From positions 750,455 through 814,454 of the forward strand of contig CAVPUA010000003.1 of NCBI GenBank assembly GCA_963708805.1: DNA of 64,000 nt, written 5' to 3'. Numbering within the stretch: the stretch's first letter is position 1; the number at the start of each line of letters is the position of its first letter. A program made the position numbers and the translations under genes. Below are positions 34,378-46,506 of this stretch, one piece after another. This DNA is from an uncultured Actinomycetes bacterium. GTDB lineage: Bacteria > Actinomycetota > Actinomycetes > Mycobacteriales > Jatrophihabitantaceae. The notes beneath the pieces were generated by a model. It did no database searches. It was not told where the DNA came from and saw only the letters and a program-made list of their open reading frames with translations.

Positions 34378-35262
34378 ATGACCTGGCGCGAGATCTCAGC
34401 CGCGCAAGGGGGCGTGATCACCCGCCGGCAGTTGCGCGATTCGACCTGCAGCGACCGGACGATCTCGCGCATGATCCAGCGGGGTGCGCTGCAACGGATC
34501 ACTCGCGGCGGCGTCTACCTGGTCGGCGGAACGCCGTGGTCGGCCGCGGCCCGAACCTGGGCCGGTGTGCTGATGACGGACGGCGTCCTCGGCTTCACAT
34601 CGGCCGCTGTGCTCTGGGGCATGGAGGTGGAGGCGCCGCCGTTCGTGCAGGTGATCGTGCCTACTTCTCGCCGACCGCGGCCCCCGGATTGGGTGCGCGT
34701 TCACCGGTCGTTCGTGCCCTCGTCCGAGGTCGTGCGGCGCGATGGATTGCCGGTCACTTCGCGCGCCCGTACCGCGATCGATCTCATCGGTCATCTGCCA
34801 CGTCGCGACGCGATCCGCTTTGCTGATCGGGCGTTGCAGCGGTCGTGGGTCACCCGAAACCAGCTCGAGCGCCGGTTGGTCGACGAGTCCTTCAAACCGG
34901 GAAACCGCAACCTCCGGACCGTCCTGCATGCGTCGTCGGCCGCGGCGGCCTCCGAGGCGGAGCGGCGCCTACATCAGCTGCTCAGGCGTGCGCGTCTGGT
35001 CGGCTGGGCGGCCAATCACCCAGTGCGAGACGGCTCGCGCGTCGTCGCCGTCATCGACGTGGCGTTCGAGCAGTTGCGGCTGGCCATCGAGGTCGACGGC
35101 TGGGCGTTTCACAGTGACGTGGATCGATTCCGGCGCGACCGACAGCGCCAGAACGATCTCGTCGCGCTGGGCTGGACCGTCCTGCGCTTCACGTGGGCCG
35201 ACCTGAGTGAGCGCCCCGACTATGTGATCGCGCAGATCCGCCACGCGCTTGGACGAACGTAG
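34378..35262 (+). CDS. DUF559-domain protein with N-terminal AbiEi-like domain (Vsr-like endonuclease fold)
   Basis: Intact 294 aa. The C-terminus (VIDVAFEQLRLAIEVDGWAFH...) is typical of DUF559. Confidence 0.65.
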   Translation: MTWREISAAQGGVITRRQLRDSTCSDRTISRMIQRGALQRITRGGVYLVGGTPWSAAARTWAGVLMTDGVLGFTSAAVLWGMEVEAPPFVQVIVPTSRRPRPPDWVRVHRSFVPSSEVVRRDGLPVTSRARTAIDLIGHLPRRDAIRFADRALQRSWVTRNQLERRLVDESFKPGNRNLRTVLHASSAAAASEAERRLHQLLRRARLVGWAANHPVRDGSRVVAVIDVAFEQLRLAIEVDGWAFHSDVDRFRRDRQRQNDLVALGWTVLRFTWADLSERPDYVIAQIRHALGRT

Positions 35263-35290
35263 CCACGGTGTGGCCAGATTCGTCCAGCAG

Positions 35291-35824
35291 CTAGGGGACG
35301 GGAGCGTTCCACTCGAACGGAACCATGTCGCGCAGCACTCGGCGGCGCTGGTTGCGGGGCAGGTGGTCGATGTAGAGGATGCCCTGCAGATGTTCGGTCT
35401 CGTGCACCAGGCAGCGGGCGAAGAATCCGGTTCCGGTGACCTCGATCGCCCGCCCGGTCTTGTCGACGCCGCGGACGGTCACCACCGACGGTCGCGACAG
35501 GGAGTGGTAGGGCCCCGGCACCGACAGGCAGCCCTCGTCGCCGGCGTCGACGGTGCCTCCGGTGGCCACGATCTGCGGATTGACGACGTGCCCGACGTGT
35601 TTGCGACCCGCGGCGTCGAAGCAGTCGTAGACGAACACGGCCCGGTCGTCGCCGACCTGCGTCGCGGCGAGCCCGACACCTTCGGCCACGTACATCGAGG
35701 CGAACATGTCGTCGATCAGCGTCGCGAGCTCGTCATCGAACGCCTCGACCGGGCGGGTCTTCGCGTGCAGCACGGGATCGCCGACGACGCGGATCTTGCG
35801 GGGAGTTCCTGCCACGGCGGGCAA
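35291..35824 (-). CDS. def: peptide deformylase
   Basis: Motifs GVGLAATQ, EGCLS and HETEHL. Intact 177 aa. Confidence 0.85.
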   Translation of the reverse strand: MPAVAGTPRKIRVVGDPVLHAKTRPVEAFDDELATLIDDMFASMYVAEGVGLAATQVGDDRAVFVYDCFDAAGRKHVGHVVNPQIVATGGTVDAGDEGCLSVPGPYHSLSRPSVVTVRGVDKTGRAIEVTGTGFFARCLVHETEHLQGILYIDHLPRNQRRRVLRDMVPFEWNAPVP

Positions 35825-35857
35825 GTTTACCGGCGCCGCCGCCGGCCTCTCGACTCG

Positions 35858-37739
35858 TCACGACTCAGCCGCGTTCAGCACCGGTCGCAGCGCGTCGAGC
35901 ACAGCCGGGTCCTCGATCGTCGACGGGACGGTCGGCTCACGTCCATCGGCGATCTCGCGCATGGTCTTGCGCAGGATCTTGCCCGAGCGGGTCTTGGGCA
36001 GCCCGTTCACGATCGAGACGTCGCGAAACGCCGCGACCGGGCCGATCTCGCGGCGGACGGCGGCGACCAGCTCGCTCTGCAGGGTCGATCTCGTCGATGT
36101 CGGCGCCGAGCTTGAGCACCACGAGCGCGCGGGGCAGCTGTCCCTTGAGCGGGTCGGCGACGCCGATCACCGCGCACTCGGCTACCGCGGGATGGGCGGC
36201 GACGACCGCCTCGATCGAGCCGGTCGACAGGCGGTGTCCGGCCACGTTGATCACGTCGTCGGTGCGTCCCATGACGAACAGGTAGCCGTCCTCGTCGAAG
36301 TAGCCGCCGTCGCCGCTGAGGTAGAAGCCGGGGTATCGGTGCAGGTACGAGCTCTCGAACCACTCGTCGTCGCCCCACAGGGTGAGCAGCGTTCCGGGCG
36401 GCAGCGGCAGCTGTGATCGCGATCGCGCCGTCGGCACCCGGCGGCCGAGGTGCCGCCGGCGTCGTCGAGCACCTGGACGTCGTAGCCGGGCATCGGCACG
36501 GTCGGCGAGCCGGCCTTGATCGGCAGTGACTCGAGTCCGCGCGGGTTGGCGCAGATCGCCCAGCCGGTCTCGGTCTGCCACCAGTGATCGACGACCGGCA
36601 CGTCGCAGCAGGTCCGACGCCCAGTGGAACGTCTCGGGGTCGAGGCGCTCACCGGCCAGGAACAGCGTCCGCAGGCTCGAGGTCGGTCGACGACCAGCTC
36701 GCCCTGCGGGTCGAGCCGCTTGATCGCGCGCAGCGCGGTGGGAGCGGTGAACAGCGCCTTGACCCCGTGCTCGGCGACCACCCGCCAGAACGCACCCGCG
36801 TCGGGCGTGCCGACCGGCTTGCCCTCGTAGAGGACCGTCGTCGCGCCGGCGAGCAGCGGCGCGTAGACGATGTAGGAGTGCCCGACGACCCAGCCGATGT
36901 CCGAGGCCGTCCAGAACACGTCGTCGGGGCCGATGTCGTAGATGTTGCGCAGCGACCACAGCAGCGCCACCGCGTGCCCACCGTTGTCGCGCACGACGCC
37001 CTTCGGACGGCCGGTCGTCCCGGACGTGTAGAGGATGTAGAGCGGATCGGTCGCCGCGACCGGCAACGCAGTCGGCCGGTTCGGCGGCGGCCATCGCATC
37101 GCGCCAGTCGAGATCGCGCGGGCCCAGCTCGGCGGTCAGCTCCGGCCGCTGGAAGACGATCACCCGCCGCGGCTGATGCGTCGGTGATCGCCAGCGCCTC
37201 GTCGACGATCGGCTTGTAGGCGATCACCCGGCCCGGTTCGATGCCGCACGACGCGATCACCAGCACGGCCGGCCGGGCGTCCTCGATGCGGCTGGCCAGC
37301 TCCGGCGCGGCGAACCCACCGAACACGACCGAGTGGATCGCGCCGAGACGGGCACAGGCGAGCATCGCGATGATCGCCTCGGGAATCATCGGCATGTAGA
37401 TGATCACGCGGTCGCCGGGCTCGACGCCCTCGTTGCGCAGGGCACCGGCGAAGCGCTCGACCGCGGCCAGCAGCTCGGCGTAGGTCAGTGTGCGTGACGC
37501 CGGTGTAAGCGCTGTGATGGATCAACGCCCGATGATCACCGCGTCCGGCCTCGACGTGCCGGTCGAGTGCGTTGTAGGCGGTGTTCAGCCGGCCGTCCGG
37601 GAACCAGCGGTACAGCGGCGCGCGCGAGGGGTCCAGTGCGCGCGTCGGCTTGCGTCTCCCAATCGACCAGTTCGGCCGCCTCGAGCCAGAAGCCCTCGGG
37701 GTCGTCGAGGCTGCGCCGGAACGCCTCGCGATAGGTCAC
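35858..37739 (-). pseudogene. acetyl/propionyl-CoA synthetase (Acs/PrpE-like), multiply frame-disrupted
   Basis: The Acs-specific MIIYMPMIPEA block, the TSGTTG P-loop and the C-terminal ligase domain are spread over at least five frames. The GTG start overlaps the stop of the upstream synthetase (GTGA). Confidence 0.7.
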
Positions 37740-39413
37740 GTCACGACCTCGGCGAAGTGCTCGGCGAACTGCTCCCGCAGCTTGAACTTCAGCACCTTGC
37801 CGCCCACGGTCTCGGGCAGGTTGTCGACGAACACGACGTCCTTCGGGCGTCTCGTAGCCGGCCAGTGACGCGCGGCAGTACGCGATCAGGTCGGCGGCGC
37901 TGGTCTCGTCGCCGTCGCGGCGGATCACGACCGCGGTCACGGCTTCGCCCCAGTACGAGTGCGGCAGGCCGATCACCACGGCCTTCTCGACGGCGGGGTG
38001 CAGGCCGAGCACGGCCTCGACGCGCAGGCTCGACACGTTCTCGCCGCCGGTCTTCACGATGTCCTTGTACCGATCGAGCATCACCCGCAGCCCGTCGTCG
38101 TCGTAGGCGCAGCTGTCGCCGGAGTGGAACCAGCCGAAGCGGAAGGCCTGTCGCGTCGCTGGTTCGTCGCGGTAGTAGCCCGACATCATCGACGGCGAGC
38201 GGTAGACGGCCTCACCGGCGACCCCCGGCGAGTCGATCAGGTCCTCGCCGAACGGATCGAGCACGGTCGAGGCGAGCAGCGGGCTCGGCACGCCGACGTA
38301 GTTCTGCTTGGGTGCGGTGCGCGCGTACAACTCGGGCCACCTGTCGGGCCAGAAGCGGTGGCAGGCGATCGACTCGGTCTGCCCGAAGATCTCGAACACC
38401 AAGAGATCCTCGCCGCAGTGCTGCTTCATCGAGGCCAGCACGGGCGGCGGCAGCGCGGCCCAGCCGTAGACGATCACCCCGAGACTGTGGGCGTCGAGTT
38501 CGGCCCGTTGGGTGAGGACGGCGTCGACGCCGGCCACCATTGCCGGCGCGCCCGCCCACCAGGCCGTGACCTTCTCGGCGTCGATCATCTCCGCGATGCC
38601 GGTGGCGTCGGGGCGGCGGCCGAGCACCAGCGTCCCGCCCGACAGGAACACCGAGTAGGTGAACGGCTGGTCGCCGACGTGATAGATCATCGGCAGGAAG
38701 GTGCCGACCCGCAGGTCGGCCTCGAGCTTCAGACCCCGCGTCAAGGACAGGGCGAAGCCGTACGCCGCCATGTAGCTGCAGGTGTGCGAGATCATCACGC
38801 CCTTGGGCATGGCGGTGGTGCCGGACGTGAAGAGGATCTCCCAGATGTCGTCGCCGTGGATCTCGACGTCGGGCTCGGTCGTCGGCTGATCGCGGACGAA
38901 GTCGGTGAACGAGGCGCTGCCGGGCACCGGGCCGCCACCGATCGTGATCGTCACCGCCACCTCGAGCCCGGTCGTGCCGAACGGACCTTCGGCGCGCGGC
39001 CACAGCTCGGCGTCGACGACGGCCAGCTTGGGCTCGACGAGTTCGATCATGGCCTGGACGAGGTCAGGCGCCATCATCGGATTGATCGGCGCGCAGACGA
39101 GCCCCGCCTTGGCCGCCCCCAGCTTGGTCAGGAATCCCTCGACCGAGTTCTCGCAGAACAGGAGCACCACGTCGCCGTGCTGCAGGCCGCGGGCGAGCAA
39201 CGCGTGTGCGATCTGGTTCGCGAGGTGGTCGGCTTCGCGGTAGGTCAGCCGGCGAAAACGCGGATCCCCGTACGCACCCTCGCGGGCCACGAACGCCTCT
39301 TTGTCGGGGAAGCTCCACGTCATCCGCTCGAGCAGGTCGCCGACGCTGGTGCGCTCCCACCGGTGGACGGCTCGGCGGTGGTGCAAGCTGGTGACATCGA
39401 GTTCGGCGTCCAT
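37736..39413 (-). pseudogene. long-chain acyl-CoA synthetase (FadD-like AMP-binding), C-terminal frame disruption
   Basis: AMP-binding motifs (TSGTTAMPKG, GDSCAYDDDG) are in frame 37536..39539. The last roughly 40 residues (...FAEVVT*) are in another frame. Confidence 0.7.
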
Positions 39414-39601
39414 GGGCCTCGCACGTCCTCTCTGACAGTGCCGGCGGTCCGGCCGAACTAGTGACCGGCCATTCACTATGCCGCACACTTTAGGCACCAG
39501 GGAGCCCGCTGGAAAGGGCTGAGGCCGATGAGTAGCCAAAGAAGTGAATAGCGGTTAACGTCTGGACGTCGAGTGAGTCAACGCCACCCGAGGAGGCGCG
39601 C

Positions 39602-41200
39602 GTGTCCGTCCTGCGATCGTCGGTGGACACCTCCAGCGAGACCTACCGGGCCAACCGCGCCGGCCAGCTGGCCGCCATCGCCGCCCTCGACGAGCAACTG
39701 GAACTGGCCCGGGCCGGCGGCGGCGCTCAGTACGCCCAGCGCCACCGGGATCGCGGGAAGCTCTTGGCCCGTGAGCGGATCGAGCTACTCGTCGATCGCG
39801 ACTCGCCGCTGCTGGAGTTGTCGACGCTGGCCGCCTGGGGCACGGAGTTCACGGTCGGCGCGAGCATCGTCACCTGCATCGGAGTCGTGTCCGGCGTCGA
39901 GTGTGTGCTGGTCGCCCACGACCCGACGGTGCGGGGCGGCGCGATGAATCCCTACACGCTGCGCAAGTCGCTGCGCGCGCTCGAGATCGCGCGGCGCAAC
40001 CGGCTGCCGGTGATCAACCTCGTCGAGTCGGGCGGCGCCGATCTGCCGACGCAGTCGGATCTCTTCGTCCCGGCCGGCAAGATCTTTCACGACTTGACCG
40101 AGCTGTCGGCGATGGGCATCCCGACCATCGCGCTCGTGTTCGGCAACTCGACCGCGGGCGGGGCGTACGTCCCTGGCATGTGCGACTACTCGGTGCTCGT
40201 CGACCGGCAGGCCAAGGTCTTCCTCGGCGGCCCGCCGCTGGTGAAGATGGCCACCGGCGAGGAGTCCGACGACGAGTCGTTGGGCGGTGCTGACATGCAC
40301 TCGCGGATCTCGGGGGTGTCGGACTACTTCGCGGTCGACGAGCTCGACTGCATCCGCATCGGGCGCGAGATCCTCGAGACGGTCCGCTGGCGCAAGCTCG
40401 GGCCGGCGCCGAGCCTGCCCGCCGACGAGCCGCTCTACGACCCGGACGAGCTGCTCGGCATCACCTCGGCCGACTTCCGCGTGCCCTTCGATCCGCACGA
40501 GGTCCTGGCCCGGGTCGTGGACGGTTCGCGCTTCTCGGAATACAAGACGCGCTACGGCACGAGCCTGGTGACGGGGTGGGCATCGATCCACGGGTTCCCG
40601 GTCGGCGTGCTCGCCAACGCGCGCGGCGTCCTGTTCAGCGAGGAGGCGAAGAAGGCCAGCGAGTTCATCCTGCTGGCCAACCAGAGCGACACGCCGTTGG
40701 TCTTCCTGCAGAACACCACGGGCTACATGGTCGGCGCCGAATACGAACAGGGCGGCATCATCAAGGACGGCGCGAAGATGATCAACGCCGTGACCAACTC
40801 GGCCGTCCCGCACATCACCATGAACCTGGCCGCCTCCTTCGGCGCGGGTAACTACGGCATGTCCGGCCGTGCGTACGACCCTCGGTTCATGTTCGCCTGG
40901 GCCAACGCGAAGCTGGCGGTCATGGGAGCGGCCCAGCTGGCCGGCGTGATGTCGATCGTCGCCAAGCAATCGGCCGAGTCGAGCGGTCGCCCCTTCGACG
41001 CCGACGCCGACGAGCAGCGACGCCAGGCGATCCAGGCCCAGATCGAGCGGGAGTCGGACTCGTTCTTCGTGAGTGCCCGTCTCTACGACGACGGCGTGAT
41101 CGATCCTCGCGACACCCGTTCGGTGCTGGGGATGTCGTTGTCGGCCGCGCATTCCGCACCGGTCGAGGGGCGCCGCGGCTTCGGCGTCTTCCGGATGTAG
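39602..41200 (+). CDS. acyl-CoA carboxylase carboxyltransferase beta subunit (AccD1 / methylcrotonyl- or geranyl-CoA carboxylase beta)
   Basis: Intact 532 aa with the two-domain crotonase-fold carboxyltransferase. RBS GAGGAGG. Confidence 0.85.
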   Translation: MSVLRSSVDTSSETYRANRAGQLAAIAALDEQLELARAGGGAQYAQRHRDRGKLLARERIELLVDRDSPLLELSTLAAWGTEFTVGASIVTCIGVVSGVECVLVAHDPTVRGGAMNPYTLRKSLRALEIARRNRLPVINLVESGGADLPTQSDLFVPAGKIFHDLTELSAMGIPTIALVFGNSTAGGAYVPGMCDYSVLVDRQAKVFLGGPPLVKMATGEESDDESLGGADMHSRISGVSDYFAVDELDCIRIGREILETVRWRKLGPAPSLPADEPLYDPDELLGITSADFRVPFDPHEVLARVVDGSRFSEYKTRYGTSLVTGWASIHGFPVGVLANARGVLFSEEAKKASEFILLANQSDTPLVFLQNTTGYMVGAEYEQGGIIKDGAKMINAVTNSAVPHITMNLAASFGAGNYGMSGRAYDPRFMFAWANAKLAVMGAAQLAGVMSIVAKQSAESSGRPFDADADEQRRQAIQAQIERESDSFFVSARLYDDGVIDPRDTRSVLGMSLSAAHSAPVEGRRGFGVFRM

Positions 41201-41208
41201 GGGACGCG

Positions 41209-43191
41209 ATGACCGAGTTCACCACGCAGATCACCAAGCTGCTCGTCGCCAACCGCGGCGAGATCGCCTCGCGGGTCTTCCGCACGGCCCGGGCGATGGA
41301 CATCGCGACCGTCGCCGTGTTCTCCGACCCCGACGCGGGGCTGCCGTTCGTGACCGATGCCGACGAGGCGGTCCGGCTGCCGGGCTCGACGCCGGCCGAG
41401 ACCTACCTGCGCATCGACGCGATCCTGGCCGCCGCGGCGGCAACCGGCGCGGACGCGGTCCATCCCGGTTACGGCTTCCTGTCCGAGAACGCCGAGTTCG
41501 CCCGCGCCTGCGCCAAGGCCGGATTGATCTTCGTCGGCCCGACGCCGGAGGCGATCGAGGCGATGGGCTCGAAGATCGCCGCCAAGCGGCTGATGGCCGA
41601 GGCCGGCGTCCCCGTGCTCCCGGGGGCCGTCTTCGAGGACGAGCCCGACGCGGACGCGTTGGTCGAGGCGGCCGATGCCGTCGGGTACCCCGCGCTCGTC
41701 AAGGCGGCCTTCGGCGGTGGTGGTCGCGGGATGCGCATCGTCGCCGGTCCCGAAGCGATCGTCGAAGCGGTGGCCGGAGCCCGGCGCGAGGCCGCGTCGG
41801 CGTTCGGCAACGGCACGGTCTTCCTCGAACGGTTCGTCGAGTCCCCGCGGCACATCGAGGTGCAGATCATGGGCGACCAGCACGGGACGGTCGTCCACCT
41901 CTTCGAGCGTGAGTGCTCGATCCAGCGGCGCTACCAGAAGATCATCGAGGAGGCGCCGTCGCCGGCCGTCGATGATCGGCTCCGCGCCGAGCTGTGCCAG
42001 GCGGCCGTGGCGGCGGGCCGGGCCATCGGCTACGTCGGTGCCGGAACGGTCGAGTTCGTCCTCGACGCGTCGGGCCGGTTCTACTTCCTCGAGGTCAACA
42101 CCCGACTGCAGGTCGAGCACCCGGTCACCGAACTGATCACCGGGCTCGACCTGGTACGGCTGCAGCTCGACGTCGCCTCGGGCCGCCCGCTACCGCCCGA
42201 GGTCACCGGCGCGACGTTCTCGGGGCACGCGATCGAGGCGCGGCTCTACGCCGAGGACGTCCCCGGTGGCTACCTGCCGACCAGCGGCGACGTGATCACC
42301 TTCGACATCGAGGCCGCCGACGGCCTGCGCGTCGACGCCGGCTTCGCGTCGGGAACCCGGGTGAGCACGTTCTATGACTCGATGCTGGCCAAGGTCATCG
42401 GCTTCGGCCCCACCCGCGACGACGCCCGGCGCGTCCTGGCCGGGGCGCTGGACCGGGCTCGCCTGCACGGCGTGGTGACCAACCGCGACCTGCTCGTCGA
42501 GGTGCTGCGCGAGGCCGAGTTCGGTGAGGGACGCATCGACACCGGCTATCTCGAACGACATCCGTTCGCCGGTGGCGGCGACGCGAACGACGTTCACGTG
42601 CTGGCCGTCGCCCTGTCCGGCCAGGCCGAACGGCGACTGGTCGCGCCGGTGCTCTCGACGCTGCCCTCGGGGTGGCGCAACAACCCGAGCGGCCCGCAGC
42701 GCGCGAGCTACGACATCGCGGGCCGGACGGTCGAGGCGAGCTACCGGCTGATCGGCGACCGGGTCTCGGCCGCGGTCGACGGGCGTGAGCTCGAGGCGAC
42801 CGTACGGGCCGCGGCGGCCGATCGAGTCGATCTCGAGGTCGACGGGGTGCGCCGCGTGATCGAGGTGCGCCACGTGGGCAGCACGTTCTACGTCGACAGC
42901 TCGCTCGGGCACGACACCCTCGTCGAGGCCGAGCGCTTCCCCGACCCGTCGGCCGTGGCCCATGCCGGGTCGCTGCTGGCGCCGATGCCCGGGACCGTCG
43001 TCCGCGTCGACGTCGCGGTCGGCGACCACGTCGAGGCGGGTGCGGCTCTCCTGGCCATCGAGGCGATGAAGATGGAGCACTCGATCTTCGCGCCGACCCG
43101 GGGCATCGTCACCGAACTGCCGATCGCCGTCGGCGCCCAGGTCGACAGCGGCTCGGTGCTCGCGGTGCTCGAAGAGGAGGAGTCGCAATGA
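41209..43191 (+). CDS. acyl-CoA carboxylase alpha subunit (biotin carboxylase plus BCCP; AccA1-like)
   Basis: Intact 660 aa with the ATP-grasp biotin carboxylase and a C-terminal biotinyl domain (EAMKMEH). Confidence 0.85.
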   Translation: MTEFTTQITKLLVANRGEIASRVFRTARAMDIATVAVFSDPDAGLPFVTDADEAVRLPGSTPAETYLRIDAILAAAAATGADAVHPGYGFLSENAEFARACAKAGLIFVGPTPEAIEAMGSKIAAKRLMAEAGVPVLPGAVFEDEPDADALVEAADAVGYPALVKAAFGGGGRGMRIVAGPEAIVEAVAGARREAASAFGNGTVFLERFVESPRHIEVQIMGDQHGTVVHLFERECSIQRRYQKIIEEAPSPAVDDRLRAELCQAAVAAGRAIGYVGAGTVEFVLDASGRFYFLEVNTRLQVEHPVTELITGLDLVRLQLDVASGRPLPPEVTGATFSGHAIEARLYAEDVPGGYLPTSGDVITFDIEAADGLRVDAGFASGTRVSTFYDSMLAKVIGFGPTRDDARRVLAGALDRARLHGVVTNRDLLVEVLREAEFGEGRIDTGYLERHPFAGGGDANDVHVLAVALSGQAERRLVAPVLSTLPSGWRNNPSGPQRASYDIAGRTVEASYRLIGDRVSAAVDGRELEATVRAAAADRVDLEVDGVRRVIEVRHVGSTFYVDSSLGHDTLVEAERFPDPSAVAHAGSLLAPMPGTVVRVDVAVGDHVEAGAALLAIEAMKMEHSIFAPTRGIVTELPIAVGAQVDSGSVLAVLEEEESQ

Positions 43192-43952
43192 CCGAACCCG
43201 TCCAGTACGACGTGGTCAACGGGGTCGCGTGGTTGACGATCAACCGCCCTGAGGCCCGCAACGCGCTCAGCCTGGCCGTCCGGGACGGCCTGTTCACCGG
43301 GGTGCGCCGCTTCAACGCCGACGACGAGGCGAAGGTGCTGGTACTGACCGGGGCCGGAGACCGGGCCTTCTGTGCCGGTGGTGACCTGAAGGAGATGGCC
43401 GACACCACGTTGCGGGTGCCGCCGATCGACTTCGTCCCGCAGTTCGGCCGCAACATCGAGGTCGAGAAGCCGACGATCGCCGCTGTCAACGGGATCGCCT
43501 ACGGCGGCGGGTTCCTGCTCGCCCAGGACTGCGATCTGTGCGTGGCCGGCGAATCGGCCCGTTTCGCGATCAGCGAGGTCAAGGTCGGGCGGGGTTCGCC
43601 GTGGGCGGCTCCGCTCTCGTGGCTGGTGCCGCCCCGCATCGCCATGGAGATCCTGCTGACCGGAGACCCGCTCACCGCCCAGCGGGCGTACGAGGTCGGC
43701 CTCGTCAACCGGGTGGTGCCCGACGCCGATCTGCGCGACACCGTCCAGGCGCTGGCCGAACGGATCGCCACCAACGCGCCGTTGTCGGTCCGCGCCGCCA
43801 AGCGGACGGCCTACCTGTCGGCCCACTTCGAGCTGACCGACGCCTACGACGAGGCCGAACGGATCTGGGAGCCGGTGTATCTCAGCGCCGACGCCCAGGA
43901 GGGCCCGGCCGCGTTCCGCGACAAACGCACGCCCGTCTGGACGGGCCGCTGA
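43188..43952 (+). CDS. enoyl-CoA hydratase/isomerase family protein
   Basis: Intact 254 aa, crotonase fold (AAVNGIAYGGGFLLA). Overlaps the accA1 stop (ATGA). Confidence 0.8.
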   Translation: MTEPVQYDVVNGVAWLTINRPEARNALSLAVRDGLFTGVRRFNADDEAKVLVLTGAGDRAFCAGGDLKEMADTTLRVPPIDFVPQFGRNIEVEKPTIAAVNGIAYGGGFLLAQDCDLCVAGESARFAISEVKVGRGSPWAAPLSWLVPPRIAMEILLTGDPLTAQRAYEVGLVNRVVPDADLRDTVQALAERIATNAPLSVRAAKRTAYLSAHFELTDAYDEAERIWEPVYLSADAQEGPAAFRDKRTPVWTGR

Positions 43953-44750
43953 TGGCCGCCGACCTGACCGCGCTGATCGACGACCTGGTCGCCGAGAGCG
44001 TCGTGATCGACGAGATCATCACACCGCTGAGCCCCGAGCAGTGGACGCTGGCCCACGCCGGCCGAGGGCTGGACGATCGCCGACCAGGTCAGCCACCTCG
44101 CCTTCTTCGACGAGACCACGCTGCTGTCGCTGACCGACCCGGACCGCTTCCGCATCGAGGCCGACGAGCTGATCGCCGGCGGCATGGACTTTCCCGACCG
44201 CGTCGCCGCCCAGCACCACGACCGGCCTGGCGCCGAGTTGCTGGCCTGGTTCGTCCGCGCGCGCCGCGAACTGATCGAGGGCTACCGGGCCGTCGATCCG
44301 GACGTCCGGCTGCCCTGGTACGGCCCGGGCATGGGGCCGGCCTCGTCGGTCACCGCGCGGATCATGGAGACGTGGGCGCACGGCCAGGACATCGCCGATG
44401 CGCTCGGGGTGACCCGGCCGGTGACGAACCGGCTGCGGCACGTCGCTCACCTCGGGGTGCGCAGCCTGCCCTACAGCTACCGCGTGAACGGGCTGGACGT
44501 GCCGTCCGAGCCGATCCGCGTCGAGGTGGCCGCACCCGACGGCGACACCTGGACGTGGGGTCCGGACGCCGCCGCCGATCGAGTGACGGGGGACGCCCTG
44601 GAGTTCTGCCTCGTCGTCACCCAACGGCGCCACCTCAGCGACACCGCGCTCGCGGTCAGCGGTCCGGTGGCCGAGCAGTGGATCGGCATCGCCCAGGCCT
44701 TCGCCGGCGCGGCCGGTACGGGCCGCAAGCCGAGGGGAGACGCGGGATGA
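43952..44750 (+). pseudogene. MDMPI/DinB-superfamily protein (TIGR03084-like), frame-disrupted
   Basis: The N-terminus (MAADLTALIDDL...) and the remainder (ORF 44184..44750) are in different frames, with a shift at about 44060. Confidence 0.5.
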
Positions 44751-46155
44751 GATCGGTGCGGATCGGCAACTCCTCCGGTTTCTACGGCGACCGCAACGCG
44801 GCCTCGCTCGAGATGGTCGAGGGTGGCCCGATCGACTTCCTGACCGGCGACTATCTGGCCGAGCTGACGATGTTGATCTTGTGGAAGGCCAGACAGAAGG
44901 ATCCATCGGCCGGCTACGCGCGCTCGGTGCTCGGTCAGCTCGAACAGGTGCTGGGCACCTGCCTCGATCGCGGGATCAAGATCGTCAACAACGCGGGTGG
45001 ACTCAATCCGGCCGGCCTGGCCGAGGAGCTGACCGCCCTGGCCGAACGGCTGGGTCTGCACCCCAAGATCGCCTACCTGACCGGTGACGACCTGCTGCCC
45101 GACCTCGACGCGCTCATCGCCGCCGGCCACGACCTGGCCCATCTCGACACCGGGCGGCCCCTCGCCGAGGCGGGCGGCAAGCCGGTGACGGCCAACGCGT
45201 ATCTGGGCGCGTGGGGCATCGTCGACGCGCTGGGCTCGGGAGCCGACATCGTCGATCTGCCCGCGGGTCACCGACGCCTCGCTCGTCGTCGGGCCGGCCG
45301 CCTGGTGGCACGGCTGGGCCCGCGACGACTTCGACCAGCTGGCCGGCGCCGTGCTGGCCGGCCACGTGATCGAGTGCGGACCGCAGGCCACCGGCGGCAA
45401 CTACTCCTACATCGACGAGATCGTCGATCGTCGCTATCCGGGCTTCCCGATCGCCGAGGTGGCCGGCGACGGCAGCTTCGTGATCACCAAGCACGACGAA
45501 CACCGGCGGTCTGGTCTCGGTCGGCACCGTCACCGCTCAACTGATGTACGAGATCGCCGAGCCGGCGTACGCGAACCCGGACGTCATCGCCCACTTCGAC
45601 ACCGCCCAGCTCGATCAGGTCGGCCCGGACCGCGTGCGGTGCTCGGCCACCATGGGCAGCCCGCCACCGGCCACCACCAAGGTCGCGATCAACTTCGTCG
45701 GCGGCTACCGCAACACGATGACGCTCGTCCTGACCGGTCTCGACATCGAGAAGAAGGCGGCGTGGGCGACCGAGGAACTGTTCGGCATCCTCGGTGGGCG
45801 CGACCAGTTCGGCGAGGTCGACGTGCGGCTGATCCGCTTCGACCGTCCGGACGCGCCGACCAACGAGCAGGCCACCGCGCATCTGCGGATCACGGTCAAG
45901 GACGCCGATCCGCGCAAGGTCGGACGGCGGTTCTCGAACGCGACGATGGAGCTCGCGCTCGGCGGCTACGCCGGGTTCCACACCACGACGCCGCCGTGCG
46001 GCGAGAGCGCGTACGGCGTCTACTGGCCGGCCCTCGTCCCCGCCGACGCGCCCCGGCACACGGTCGTGCGGCCGGACGGCAGCACGAAGTTGATCGCGCC
46101 GACGCCGTCCGGTCCGGTGCGGTACTCGGCGATCGTCCGGCCCGATCGACTATGA
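44747..46155 (+). pseudogene. acyclic terpene utilisation AtuA-family protein (DUF1446), two frame disruptions
   Basis: MRSVRIGNSSGFYGDR N-terminus. Shifts at about 45260 and about 45510. ATGA overlap with the upstream gene. Confidence 0.65.
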
Positions 46156-46156
46156 C

Positions 46157-46504
46157 TTGACGATCGAGACACAGCGACTCCCGCTCGGGTCGGTCTGCGC
46201 CGCCCGGTCGGGCGACAAGGGCGGCAACGCCAACATCGGGGTCTGGACGCGAGATGCGGCCGGCTACGAGTGGTTGCGTACGTACCTCACCGTCGATCGC
46301 CTGCGCGAGCTGATCCCCGAGGCGGCCGATCGTCCAGTGCGTCGGTACGAACTGGCGAACCTGAACGCGCTCAACTTCGTCATCGTCGGGCTGCTCGGCG
46401 AGGGGGTCGCCGCCTCGACCCGCTCCGACCCGCAGGCCAAGGGGCTGGGCGAGTACCTGCGGTCGCGACTGGTCGACATCCCCGCGGTACTGGTCAGAGG
46501 CTGA
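46157..46504 (+). CDS. AtuA-associated small protein (DUF4387-like)
   Basis: 115-aa ORF with a TTG start immediately after atuA. Confidence 0.5.
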   Translation: MTIETQRLPLGSVCAARSGDKGGNANIGVWTRDAAGYEWLRTYLTVDRLRELIPEAADRPVRRYELANLNALNFVIVGLLGEGVAASTRSDPQAKGLGEYLRSRLVDIPAVLVRG

Positions 46505-46506
46505 AC